Source of the DNA: Elusimicrobiota bacterium
GTDB lineage: Bacteria > Elusimicrobiota > Elusimicrobia > UBA1565 > UBA9628
Reading direction: 5' to 3'
Assembly: GCA_026388095.1 (NCBI GenBank)
Contig: JAPLKL010000041.1
Span: 36,016 to 100,015 of the forward strand
DNA length: 64,000 bases
Shown here: positions 34,778-43,653 of the stretch, piece by piece
Layout of the letters: every line of letters starts with the position of its first letter
Position numbering within the stretch: position 1 is the first letter of the stretch
The notes under the pieces: model-generated
Told to the model about the DNA's origin: nothing
The model's database searches: none
What the model saw: only the letters and a program-made list of their open reading frames with translations
Position numbers and translations under genes: made by a program

Positions 34778-36361
34778 ATGGGAACAGAGCCGATGCCAAC
34801 GACGACGACCTTGAATCAGGTCGACCCTGGCCCTGACGATCGGGTCCCCCTCGGACCTCGCCGCCTCATGCTCGCGCTGGTCCTGGCCGCCGGAGCCCTC
34901 GCCTGGGGCCTGATGATCCTGCATCGCGGCTACACCTATGATGAGGTCCTGCGGACCCACTCGGTCTGGATGACGTCGCAAGGCCTGCGGCCGTACCACG
35001 ACTTCTTCGAGTGCCATCCGCCCTACTTCGCGCTTCTGGCCCCGCTGGCGCGGGGCCTCAAGGACCCCGCCGCGCTGCTCGTCGCGCTGAGGCTGGTCGC
35101 GCTGGCGGGAAATCTCCTGTTCCTCGCCGGCCTCGCGGCCGCGCTGGCCGGGCCCCCGGGGGTGCTCGCCGCGATCCTGGGGACGGCGCTGGTCGCCTTC
35201 CACCCCGCGGTGCTCGCATTCCTCGCAGAGTTCCGGATCGACGGATGGGGGTACGCGCTGGCCATCTGGAGCATCGTGTGGTTCCTGCGTTCGCGCCGAT
35301 CCTGGCGTGGCGCGGGGCTCGGCGCCGGGACCGGGATCGCGACCCTATTTCTCTGCCCAAAGGTCGCGCTGCTGCCGCCGCTGGTCCTCGCGTTCGAACG
35401 ACTCCGGGCGCGCAGCTCCTGGAGAGACGCGCTATGGGCTGGCGCGACGTACGGAATCGGCATCGCCGCCGCCGGAGGGCTCTTTTGGGTCTGGCTGGCG
35501 GCGAACAGGCTCGGCGCCGGCCAGGTCTTCGCCCTTCTCGTAAGCTACAACTCGCTGAGCAACTTCCATTCGTCCTACGGCCACGGGCTGTGGCGGGAGA
35601 TAGGGGGGTGGCCGACGCTGGGCGTGCCGATCCTGGCCGCCGCCGCGGCCGGCGCGGTCAGCTGCATCCGCGCCAGGACGCTGCCCGCCGCCTATCCGGC
35701 GGCTCTGGCTCTTTGGCTCGCCGCGCAAGCCGCGCTGGTCTCCTTCCCCCACGCGCAGTACTACGGGCCATGGTTCCTCTTCGCCTCGGGCCTCTTCCCC
35801 TTCCTCTATCCTTGGCTGAAGACCTTCCCGGGACGCGCGGCAGCCAGGATGTTCTTCGGGGTGTGCGCTCTGTCGGTAGCGGTGTCCCTCGTCAACGCGC
35901 CCTGGATGGACTCGCGTGAGTCTCGGGATGACGGGGCCATCCGCCGGACCATCAACGAGGTCACGGACCCAGACGACTATATCGTGGCGATGCCGCCATT
36001 CCATCCCATCGACCGCCGTGACACGTTCTTTGCATGGTTCGACACTTTCGACCCGGCCGGGCACGAGACCGAGGAGATCCTGCAAGGGCTGCCGCTGGTC
36101 CGCGGCCTGGTGTCCGAGCAACGGTACCGTGATGAACTGCAGGCGCATCCTCCCGCGCTCGTCGTCCTTTGGTCCGACTCCGCAGGCCGCAAGTATCCTC
36201 GCCGCCAGCAAGCGTTGCTCGAGCAGTTCCTTCAGGAACGCAGATATGTCGTCTTCGAGATCGGCGACGTGCCGGTCGCGGTGCGTCCGGACCGTTTCGA
36301 GCGCTTAGCCCGCCTGCGCCCGCAACTGCTGTATTTGGGCAATTTCCGGCCCCGCGGTTAG
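34778..36361 (+). CDS. GT-C-family membrane glycosyltransferase-like protein (ArnT/PMT-like N-terminal motif).
   Basis: The N-terminal loop motif YTYDEVLRTHSVWMTSQGLRPYHDFFECHPPYFALLAPL resembles the catalytic loop 1 of GT39/GT83 enzymes (DE/YDE...HPP). About 10 TMs follow, and the C-terminus is a soluble domain. It is a paralog of the 56561-58120 gene. Confidence 0.6.
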   Translation: MGTEPMPTTTTLNQVDPGPDDRVPLGPRRLMLALVLAAGALAWGLMILHRGYTYDEVLRTHSVWMTSQGLRPYHDFFECHPPYFALLAPLARGLKDPAALLVALRLVALAGNLLFLAGLAAALAGPPGVLAAILGTALVAFHPAVLAFLAEFRIDGWGYALAIWSIVWFLRSRRSWRGAGLGAGTGIATLFLCPKVALLPPLVLAFERLRARSSWRDALWAGATYGIGIAAAGGLFWVWLAANRLGAGQVFALLVSYNSLSNFHSSYGHGLWREIGGWPTLGVPILAAAAAGAVSCIRARTLPAAYPAALALWLAAQAALVSFPHAQYYGPWFLFASGLFPFLYPWLKTFPGRAAARMFFGVCALSVAVSLVNAPWMDSRESRDDGAIRRTINEVTDPDDYIVAMPPFHPIDRRDTFFAWFDTFDPAGHETEEILQGLPLVRGLVSEQRYRDELQAHPPALVVLWSDSAGRKYPRRQQALLEQFLQERRYVVFEIGDVPVAVRPDRFERLARLRPQLLYLGNFRPRG

Positions 36362-37347
36362 CCGCCCCAATTCTCGAAGCCGAGCCCAGGGTCGCAGCGC
36401 AAAGACCGGCCCACGCGGCGTCTGCGCAGCCGGTGGCTGGCCGCCTGGGCGAGCATGGCCCCGTTATCCGTGCACAGGATCGGCGGCGGGATGCTCACGC
36501 GCAGGCCGCGGCTTGCGGCCGCCTCTGCGAAAGCCTCGCGCAGCCGGGCGTTGGCCGCGACCCCGCCTCCCACCACCACCTGCTTGACCCGGTGGCTCAG
36601 CGCGGCGGCGACGGTCTTCCTGACCAAGGTCTCCACCACAGCCTCCTGGAAGGAGGCGCACAGGTCGGCGGTCTCCTTGCGCGTGGGCTTGCGCTCGAGG
36701 TCCCGCAGGTGGTAGAGCATGGCCGTCTTGATCCCAGCGAAGGAGAAATCCCAAGTCCCGGGCAGGAGCGGCCGGGCGAAAGCCACGGCTTGCGGGTCGC
36801 CTCGACGCGCCAGCCGGTCGATCGCGGGCCCGCCCGGGTAGCCCAGGCCCAGCATGCGCGCCACCTTGTCGTAAGCCTCTCCCGCGGCGTCGTCGCGCGT
36901 GCGGCCCAGGACGCGGTAGCGGCCCGGGGCCCGGCACAGGAGGAGGTCCGTGTGCCCGCCCGAGACGATGAGCGTGACCAGCGGGAAGCGGATCCGGCCG
37001 CTGAGCTCGGCCGCGAAGACATGCCCTTCGAGGTGGTTCACCGCCACGACCGGGCAGCCCAGGGTCTCAGCCGCGGCCAGAGCCGCCATCTTCCCGACCA
37101 AAAGCGGCCCCATGAGCCCCGGACCGCGGGCGAAGGCTACGGCATCCACCTTCCGCCCCGCCAAGGCGGTCTCCACCACCTCGCCGATGCGCTGCAGGTG
37201 CGCGCGCGCTGCCAGCTCCGGCACCACGCCGTGGAAGCGCCGGTGCAGGCGTATCTGGGACGAGACGACATTGGAGAGGATATGGCCGTCCTCGACCACG
37301 GCGGCGGCCGTCTCGTCGCAGGAGGTCTCGATGCCCAGGACTCTCAT
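36358..37347 (-). CDS. tsaD: tRNA N6-adenosine threonylcarbamoyltransferase TsaD (Kae1/YgjD family).
   Basis: The N-terminus MRVLGIETSCDETAAAVV is canonical. The metal-binding motif region (HLEGH) and the C-terminus (GGGVAANARLRE...PPPILCTDNGAM) are present. Confidence 0.9.
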   Translation of the reverse strand: MRVLGIETSCDETAAAVVEDGHILSNVVSSQIRLHRRFHGVVPELAARAHLQRIGEVVETALAGRKVDAVAFARGPGLMGPLLVGKMAALAAAETLGCPVVAVNHLEGHVFAAELSGRIRFPLVTLIVSGGHTDLLLCRAPGRYRVLGRTRDDAAGEAYDKVARMLGLGYPGGPAIDRLARRGDPQAVAFARPLLPGTWDFSFAGIKTAMLYHLRDLERKPTRKETADLCASFQEAVVETLVRKTVAAALSHRVKQVVVGGGVAANARLREAFAEAAASRGLRVSIPPPILCTDNGAMLAQAASHRLRRRRVGRSLRCDPGLGFENWGG

Positions 37348-37356
37348 ATGAGTTCG

Positions 37357-37421
37357 GGGACACAATACTTAATTCCCGTCCTACTGCGCATAGGTATCCC
37401 TTGAATTAAGTATTGTGTCCC
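37357..37421. other. Perfect 19-bp inverted repeat (GGGACACAATACTTAATTC ... GAATTAAGTATTGTGTCCC) with a 27-nt loop, lying between the ctpA stop and the tsaD start.
   Basis: The arms are at 37357-37375 and 37403-37421. It is AT-rich within GC-rich DNA. It begins 7 nt after the ctpA stop and ends 9 nt before the tsaD ATG on the transcribed (minus) strand. There is no U-tract, so it is not a classical intrinsic terminator. It is either an RNA structure or a protein-binding palindrome. Confidence 0.6.
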
Positions 37422-37427
37422 TCAATT

Positions 37428-38816
37428 CTATTTCTCCTTGCCTTTGAGACGCCCCAGCACATCCCCAGACTTGACGATGGCCGCGGCGCGGTCCAGGACC
37501 TCGTCGCGCACGGTCTCGTCCTTCTTGACCGCGGAACGAGGCTTCTTGCCCGGCTCGTAGATCATCTCCCACTGGGAGAAGATCTTCTCCTCCACGTCGC
37601 GGGCGACCGGGACCACGATGTCCGGCGTGATGCCGCCCGTCTTCTTCTTCTCGTCGCGGTGGATCGAGCGGCCGTTGGGCGTGTAGTAGCGCGCGATGGT
37701 CAGTCGCAAGCCGCAGTTGTTCGGCAGGGGGATGACGGACTGCACGCTCGCCTTGCCGTAGGTGCGCTCACCCATGAGCAGGGCGCGGCGATGGTCCTGC
37801 AGGGCTCCGGCGATGATCTCGGAGCCGGAAGCGGAGGCTTCGTTGACCAGGACCACCAAAGGCAGGTCCTGGTACGGCGCCTGGGTCCCGCCGCGGAATT
37901 CCTGATGGCTGTCGGGACGCCGGCCCTGGGTGTAGACGATGAGCTTCCCGTCGCCCAGGAAACTCGCGGCCACATCCACCGCCGAGGCCAGCAGCCCCCC
38001 CGGATTGAAGCGCAGGTCCAGGATGAGGCCGGCGAGCCCATCCTTGGATAGGGCGCGCAGGGCGGCGCGGAAATCATCCGTGGTGCGGGCGCTGAACTCG
38101 GAGATGCGCACATAACCGACCTGGCCGTCGAGCTTGCGGTATTGGACGCTCTCGATCTTGATGTTCTCGCGAGTGAGCCAGAACTCCTTCTCGACCCCGT
38201 CCTCATCGGAGGGCGCCTGGACGACCGTCCCGGAACTGGCCTTGGTCCCGGAGCCGGCGGCGGACTCGGGCCAGCGCATGACGGTGAGCTTGACCTTGGA
38301 GCCCGGCGCGCCGCGCAATTTCTCCATGGCGTCGGCCACTTGGAGCTCCTTGGTGCTCTCGCCGTCGATCTCGATGATGCGGTCGTTGGGCAGGATGCCC
38401 GCGCGGAAGGCCGGGGTGCCGGGCAGAGGAGTCAGAACGGCGAGCCAGTCATCCTTCACGATCATGCGGATGCCGATTCCGCCGAAGGCGCCTTCGGTCT
38501 CCGCCTTGATCTCGCGATGCGCCTGCGGCTCCATGAATTGGGAGAATGGGTCGAGCGCGCGGACCATGCCCGCGGCCGCGCCGTAGACGAGCTTCTGAGT
38601 GTCGGTCGGGTCGACGTAGTTCTCCTGGATGTAGTTGATGACGTCTACAAGGAAGGAGAGTTGCTCGTAGGTCTTGTCGTCGCCCTCCGGGCGGGCCGGG
38701 GCAGAGGCTTTCTTGGGGTCGGCGGCGACCGCCGGCCCGGCCGGGCCCCCCCAGGCCGACGCTCCGAGAGCAGCCAACGACAGGCCGATGAGAGCCAGAC
38801 GCAGAGTGATCCTCAT
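37428..38816 (-). CDS. ctpA: Carboxyl-terminal processing (tail-specific) peptidase, S41 family, with a PDZ domain.
   Basis: The signal peptide is MRITLRLALIGLSLAALGASAWG. A PDZ domain is present (GIGIRMIVKDDWLAVLTPLPGTPAFRAGILPNDRIIEIDG). The S41 catalytic region includes LILDLRFNPGG, the conserved Ser in GASASGSEI, and a Lys in the TYGKAS region. Confidence 0.9.
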   Translation of the reverse strand: MRITLRLALIGLSLAALGASAWGGPAGPAVAADPKKASAPARPEGDDKTYEQLSFLVDVINYIQENYVDPTDTQKLVYGAAAGMVRALDPFSQFMEPQAHREIKAETEGAFGGIGIRMIVKDDWLAVLTPLPGTPAFRAGILPNDRIIEIDGESTKELQVADAMEKLRGAPGSKVKLTVMRWPESAAGSGTKASSGTVVQAPSDEDGVEKEFWLTRENIKIESVQYRKLDGQVGYVRISEFSARTTDDFRAALRALSKDGLAGLILDLRFNPGGLLASAVDVAASFLGDGKLIVYTQGRRPDSHQEFRGGTQAPYQDLPLVVLVNEASASGSEIIAGALQDHRRALLMGERTYGKASVQSVIPLPNNCGLRLTIARYYTPNGRSIHRDEKKKTGGITPDIVVPVARDVEEKIFSQWEMIYEPGKKPRSAVKKDETVRDEVLDRAAAIVKSGDVLGRLKGKEK

Positions 38817-38826
38817 GAGCGATCTC

Positions 38827-39960
38827 CTATGATTTCTTCTGGAGCCAGGACATGGGGTCCAGGGCCTCGGTCCCGCGACGCAGTTCCAGATAGACCACGC
38901 CCTTGCCCGCCTCCCCGCCGGCCGTGCCGACGGCCTCGCCGACTTCGACCGGCGCGCCCTTGGCTTTCTGGATGTCGCCCAGTTCGCCGTAGATGCTGAA
39001 GAACCCGCCGCCATGGTCGACGATGACCACTTTGCCGTAGGACCGGAAGGGCCCGGAGTAGATCACCCGGCCGGCTCCGACCGCGCCCACGGGGGCCCCG
39101 GGCTTCGTCGCGAAGGTGACTCCCTGGCGGATGACCCAGGTGTTGAGTTCCGCATTGCGCTGCCGGCCGAAAGGCCGCGCCACGGTGCCGTCCACCGGCC
39201 AGGGCAGGGAATTGCGGGGCAGCTCCAGGCGGGTGGGGCCCTGCCGGTCATAGCGCTTGGCCGCGCCGAGGCGGGAGAGCAGCTCGGTCAGGGCGCGCTT
39301 GGTCTCCTCGAGCTCCCGGGCGCGCTTCTCGGCCGCCTGCACCTGGCCCCGAGCCGCGGCCACGGCCGCCTGCTTGCGTCCGTACTCCTCCCGGACTTGA
39401 GCGGCCTCCGCCTCGGCCCGGCGGCTACGGCCCCGGAGCTCCACCGCCGAGTGCCGCGCGGCTTCGACGGCGGCCTCGGTCTTGTGGCGGTAGCCCAGGA
39501 GACTGGAGACGATGCGGGCCTTGTCCAGGAGCACCGCGCGACGGAAGGCCTCGGCCCACAGGTCCGCGCCCCCCCAGGCCTCCTCACGGGCGGCCAAGGC
39601 CACGACGTAAGCGCGCAGCTCGCGGTCTCGCGCCGCCGTCCAGAATCCCGAAGCGAGGTTCAGGGCGCCGAGGTGCGATCTGAGCCCCACCCGCCTCTGC
39701 TCGGCTTCGTGGATGTTCCTCCGGATGCCGCCGATGCGGCGGCGGGTGTCCGCGTCGTGGCTCTCCAGCTTATGCAGGTCGCGGTTGAGCGCAGATTCCT
39801 GGCGGCGATACTCATCCAGGTCGGATTTCACCTTCTCATACTCCTTCTGGATGCGGATGAGGTCCCGACGCTTCTCTTCCAGCTGGCCCGACGCGACGCC
39901 CGGGAAAGTCCAGAGCAAGGCCGCGGCCAGGCCCAGGCGCGCCAGAACGATGCGGTCCAT
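38827..39960 (-). CDS. envC: EnvC-like murein hydrolase activator (coiled coil plus degenerate M23/LytM domain).
   Basis: The signal peptide is MDRIVLARLGLAAALLWTFPGVASG. A long coiled coil follows. The C-terminal LytM domain (VIVDHGGGFFSIYGELG) lacks the second HxH metal-binding motif, as in the non-catalytic EnvC. Confidence 0.75.
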   Translation of the reverse strand: MDRIVLARLGLAAALLWTFPGVASGQLEEKRRDLIRIQKEYEKVKSDLDEYRRQESALNRDLHKLESHDADTRRRIGGIRRNIHEAEQRRVGLRSHLGALNLASGFWTAARDRELRAYVVALAAREEAWGGADLWAEAFRRAVLLDKARIVSSLLGYRHKTEAAVEAARHSAVELRGRSRRAEAEAAQVREEYGRKQAAVAAARGQVQAAEKRARELEETKRALTELLSRLGAAKRYDRQGPTRLELPRNSLPWPVDGTVARPFGRQRNAELNTWVIRQGVTFATKPGAPVGAVGAGRVIYSGPFRSYGKVVIVDHGGGFFSIYGELGDIQKAKGAPVEVGEAVGTAGGEAGKGVVYLELRRGTEALDPMSWLQKKS

Positions 39961-39968
39961 GAGCTCGT

Positions 39969-40700
39969 CTAGGGTGGGGAGAAAAGCCCGGCCGCCAGCG
40001 CGGCCGCGGCCCATACGGCGAACTGGGATCCGGCTGCCGGCATCTCCCACCAGGGCAGGTACTGGCGCGCGGGCCAGGCCGCAGCCAGGGCCAAGGCCAA
40101 GCCGACCGCAGCCCCGACTCCGGCCGGAGCCACGGCCGCCGCCGGCCGAGCAGCACCGGGCCAACGCGCCCACCAGAGGACCGCGGCCAGGGCCGCGCAG
40201 GCCAGGCAGAGCAAAGAACTCAAGATGAGGCTCAGGTAATGGCCGTAGAGCTGGGCCTGCAGGATGGCGCGGACTTGGCCCGACCGGTAGCGCAGATCCG
40301 CCCAGTCGGCGACGCCGCGGACGCTCGCCAGCCATTCCTCGAACCGCCCCAAGGCCGCGGGGGCGGGACGCACCTCGAAAGCGGGGCGCAGGGGATTGTC
40401 CCCCATCCAGGTGACGGAGTCCACCAATTCCGGGTCATCCCGGCGCAGGTCCGCCAGAGCGGCGTCGCGGGAGACGAAGCGCGCCTCGCTGACCTCGGAC
40501 AGGCCCAGGAGCTTGTCCTCCAGGATCTTCGCCTGGCTCTCCGGCAAGTCATTCTTAAGGAACATCAAGACCCGGAAATCCTCCCGCAAAAGGTTCTCGA
40601 ATCGGAAGACCTGAGTGCGCACCAGGAGCAGGCTCTCGCCGGCCAGGCCGGCCATGGCCGCGAGGGCGAAGGTCAAAGACCGGCGCAGGGCGGGGTTCAT
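39969..40700 (-). CDS. ftsX: FtsX-like permease-family membrane protein (short form).
   Basis: The order is TM1 (LTFALAAMAGLAGESLLLV), a periplasmic domain of about 100 aa (FENLLREDFRVLMFLKNDLPESQAKILEDKLLGLSEVSEARFVSRDAALADL), then three C-terminal TMs. This matches FtsX topology, and the gene sits next to the envC-like gene. Confidence 0.5.
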   Translation of the reverse strand: MNPALRRSLTFALAAMAGLAGESLLLVRTQVFRFENLLREDFRVLMFLKNDLPESQAKILEDKLLGLSEVSEARFVSRDAALADLRRDDPELVDSVTWMGDNPLRPAFEVRPAPAALGRFEEWLASVRGVADWADLRYRSGQVRAILQAQLYGHYLSLILSSLLCLACAALAAVLWWARWPGAARPAAAVAPAGVGAAVGLALALAAAWPARQYLPWWEMPAAGSQFAVWAAAALAAGLFSPP

Positions 40701-40723
40701 GCAGGAGAAGTATAGTAAAACCG

Positions 40724-41998
40724 TCAGCGGTAAGGCACGAAGACGCGGACCGCGGCGGCCACGCGCGAGCCGACCCAAGGCAGAAGCATGAGCAAAGTCA
40801 GGACCAGCAGCATCGGGTATTGGCCCGCAACGAAAGCCAGGAAGCCGCGCAGCTCGCCCGCGACCCGGCGCTTGGGGTGCTGCGGCGCCGGCGGCGCGGG
40901 CGGGGCCGGCATCATCTTGACCACGTCGCGAAGCGCCATGACCCGCGGCAGGACGCTGATGGGGACCGAGGCCTCGACTACGAGCACGGTCTCGGCGGTC
41001 CCGGGGACCGTCTGGGTGCCGATCGTCCGCCGCACGCGCAGGCCTGGCGTGGCGGGATTGCGCTCCAGGTCGGCTACGACCTCGGCCAAGCTGCGGCCCG
41101 GAGGCACGCGCACGCCCATGAGCATGTCCGTGGCCGTTTGCGGAGCCGGCTGGCGCGCCGCGGGATTGATCTGCAGGCGCGCGACGGTCGGGACCTGCAA
41201 GGCCGCGCCAACGCGGTTGGAAGGAAGCCAGCCCCACAGGGAGATCTGGTCCGGCCCCGCGCCGACCGCGGCGGGCTCGAAGCGGGGATCCTGCCGGAAT
41301 CCCGCCAGGCGGGAGAGGTCCGCGACCGCGTCCTTCAGGGTCGCGTCCGGATGCTTCTTCAGATCGATGTTCAAGGTGACGAACACCTCGGGAGCCTTGC
41401 CGGCCGTAAGGATATCCGTCCGGCCGGCAACTGCGGGACCTGCCGCGACCGCCCCTTGTGCGCGCAGCTGCGCAGGGGGAGCGCCGGCATCTTTCTGACC
41501 GAGGATGTGGGACTCATAGTCCCTGCGTCCCAAGGTGGCCGCTTGGTCTTCGCTGACGCCGTTGATCTTCTGCGCGGAGAGCTCCATGGGCGCCGCCAGC
41601 CCTTCCCAAAGCGAATAGCGGCGCCGGTCGCCGTCCGCCGGGGCGGAAGACTCGGTGCCGGCCGCGTCGGTCCGCGGGCGAGTCACGGCCGGACGCGGGC
41701 GAGTCAGGGCGGGGTGTATCGGCAGAGGCTCCGAGGGACGACCATCGGGGACGGGGACGAGGTCATGATGCGGGAGGGGTCTCGGGACCGGTTGCGCAGT
41801 TGCGCCCGAGGCCCCGCTCTGCTGGGCCCCGGTCTCCATCGCGTCGCTGGCGTCAGGCGGCAGTTGGTTGTAGCCGCCGCCTTCGCCGACGAACTTGAGC
41901 TTGAAGGGCGAGCTTGCGGAAGGGCTCTTAGGCTGGGCGCAGAAGGCGGGGGCTGAAGCGAAACTGAAGATACTCGCCAATATGACAAGGATTCCCAT
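40724..41998 (-). CDS. Hypothetical secreted protein with a signal peptide and a C-terminal membrane anchor.
   Basis: The signal peptide is MGILVILASIFSFASAPAFCAQP. A Pro/Ala-rich periplasmic region follows, and the C-terminus is hydrophobic (FLAFVAGQYPMLLVLTLLMLLPWV). No domain was recognised. Confidence 0.45.
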   Translation of the reverse strand: MGILVILASIFSFASAPAFCAQPKSPSASSPFKLKFVGEGGGYNQLPPDASDAMETGAQQSGASGATAQPVPRPLPHHDLVPVPDGRPSEPLPIHPALTRPRPAVTRPRTDAAGTESSAPADGDRRRYSLWEGLAAPMELSAQKINGVSEDQAATLGRRDYESHILGQKDAGAPPAQLRAQGAVAAGPAVAGRTDILTAGKAPEVFVTLNIDLKKHPDATLKDAVADLSRLAGFRQDPRFEPAAVGAGPDQISLWGWLPSNRVGAALQVPTVARLQINPAARQPAPQTATDMLMGVRVPPGRSLAEVVADLERNPATPGLRVRRTIGTQTVPGTAETVLVVEASVPISVLPRVMALRDVVKMMPAPPAPPAPQHPKRRVAGELRGFLAFVAGQYPMLLVLTLLMLLPWVGSRVAAAVRVFVPYR

Positions 41999-42030
41999 AA
42001 GGCTTGCGCCTCGGCCGACAGCCTATCTTA

Positions 42031-43653
42031 TCACAGTTCCGGTTCTGGGTCAATAGTCCCAGAAGCCGTAGGCCTTTGGGCCCAGCTCTCCCATGCCGCA
42101 TGAGCGATCAGGGCGGCCCCGCCGACGACCAAGCCCGCGGCCAGAACAGCCGCGGTCTGTCCCAAGATCTGCCAAGGAGCGGCCTCGGGCCGGCCCAGCG
42201 CCGCGATGGTCCCGATCGGGAAGAGCAGGCTCAGCCAGAACCAGGGGCGGGGGTCGTCGACCCGGCAATGCGCGGCCTGCGTCCCCTTGGCGTCGAGTTG
42301 ACGCCCGACCAAGTAGAGAGCATGCATCAGCGCGGGCACCCCGACCAGGAACTCGCGCCAGCGCCAGGGCCACCACCAGAGGGACTCGGAAGCGTCCGCA
42401 GCCGCCTGCAGTTGCGGCCATAGCGACGTGCCCGCCAGCACGAGCCGCGGCCGGAACAGCAACGCCGCGCCCAACACCGCAGCCGCGCCCAACAGCAAGT
42501 CCAGGTAGGTCGGCGAGCGGGCCAGCCCCCGGCCCAGCGCCCGCGCCGAGAGCGGATACAAGGCGAATCCGCCGATGACCAGGGGCCAGGCCATGGTCGA
42601 GAAAGCCAGGCTCTCGGGAAGCGCCGCGGCGTCGCCGCCGGCGAGGAGCAATCCGACGATCAGCCCCACAGCGGCGGCCGCGGCCGCGGCGGTCACGACG
42701 CCCAGGACGATCTCGGCGACGGGCGAAGCGAGGGGCCGCCGCGCCTGCACCTGGCCGTGGAAGTGCTTGAAGCCCTTGACGCCGAAGCGCACCGCCGCGA
42801 TCGGGCCGAGGACGGCCAGGCCCCAAGCCAGGAGGTTGCGCCAGGGCGGCGACGAGCCGCGTCGCGAAGCCTCCAGTCCCGTAGCGTCCGAGCCGATGAG
42901 CCCGCGTTCGCGCAAGGGCCGCAGCGCGGCGCGCACACTCGCCAGGTTCTCTTCGGCGTCCGCGGCCGGGTCCAGCCGCAGCAGCAGGACCCGGCCGGGC
43001 TGGCTGTGGATGGCGCGCAGCAAGGTGGGCAGGGGCGCCGGCGCCGGGATGCTGCGCGGCGTACGCAGGGCGACGGGTCCCCGAGCCCCGCTGATCCAGG
43101 CTTGGCCGGAGGGGTCCAGATGGAAAGGGACGAGCTTGAGCGCCGCGGCGAGGGCAAGGTCTTCCGAGGCCACGCCGACCTTCAAGCCCGGGTCCGGCTC
43201 GCGGGTCAACTCGATGGAGCCATGGCCGCCGACCGTCGAGGTGCTGAACACCAGGTTCTGTCCGCGCAGCGTCTCGGCCACGCGGGCGAAGAGCTTGGGG
43301 TCGTTGACCCAGACCAGGTTCGCCTTGAGCGGCGCGTTGGCCGCGATGAGGCCGACGCCCTTCCACTTGGAGATCTCAGACCGGGAGAACACCAAGGCCT
43401 GGCCGGAATCGGCGAGCTCGCCCAAGGTCTGGGTCCGCAGGACCATGGCGCCCACCCCCATGGCCTGCGCCCGGGTCCAGAAGTCGGACAGCGCGGTCCC
43501 GGAGCCCGCGCACGCGGCCGCCGCCTCGCCGGCATCGAGGGCAGCCAGGGACCGGGGGGAGGGCTTCTCCACCGTGCCGGCGGCCCAGGCCAGCAGCAGG
43601 AATCCGGCGGCCGCGAGCCACGGCCTCGCGTTGGATCCGGAAGCGGCAGCCAT
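42031..43653 (-). CDS. Hypothetical membrane protein with an N-terminal periplasmic domain and a C-terminal polytopic region; co-operonic with glgA.
   Basis: The ATG at 43653 overlaps the glgA stop (ATGA). The signal or anchor segment is MAAASGSNARPWLAAAGFLLLAWAAG. A periplasmic domain of about 300 aa follows, and then at least six TM helices. The upstream ~190 aa of the track ORF are spurious. Confidence 0.55.
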   Translation of the reverse strand: MAAASGSNARPWLAAAGFLLLAWAAGTVEKPSPRSLAALDAGEAAAACAGSGTALSDFWTRAQAMGVGAMVLRTQTLGELADSGQALVFSRSEISKWKGVGLIAANAPLKANLVWVNDPKLFARVAETLRGQNLVFSTSTVGGHGSIELTREPDPGLKVGVASEDLALAAALKLVPFHLDPSGQAWISGARGPVALRTPRSIPAPAPLPTLLRAIHSQPGRVLLLRLDPAADAEENLASVRAALRPLRERGLIGSDATGLEASRRGSSPPWRNLLAWGLAVLGPIAAVRFGVKGFKHFHGQVQARRPLASPVAEIVLGVVTAAAAAAAVGLIVGLLLAGGDAAALPESLAFSTMAWPLVIGGFALYPLSARALGRGLARSPTYLDLLLGAAAVLGAALLFRPRLVLAGTSLWPQLQAAADASESLWWWPWRWREFLVGVPALMHALYLVGRQLDAKGTQAAHCRVDDPRPWFWLSLLFPIGTIAALGRPEAAPWQILGQTAAVLAAGLVVGGAALIAHAAWESWAQRPTASGTIDPEPEL

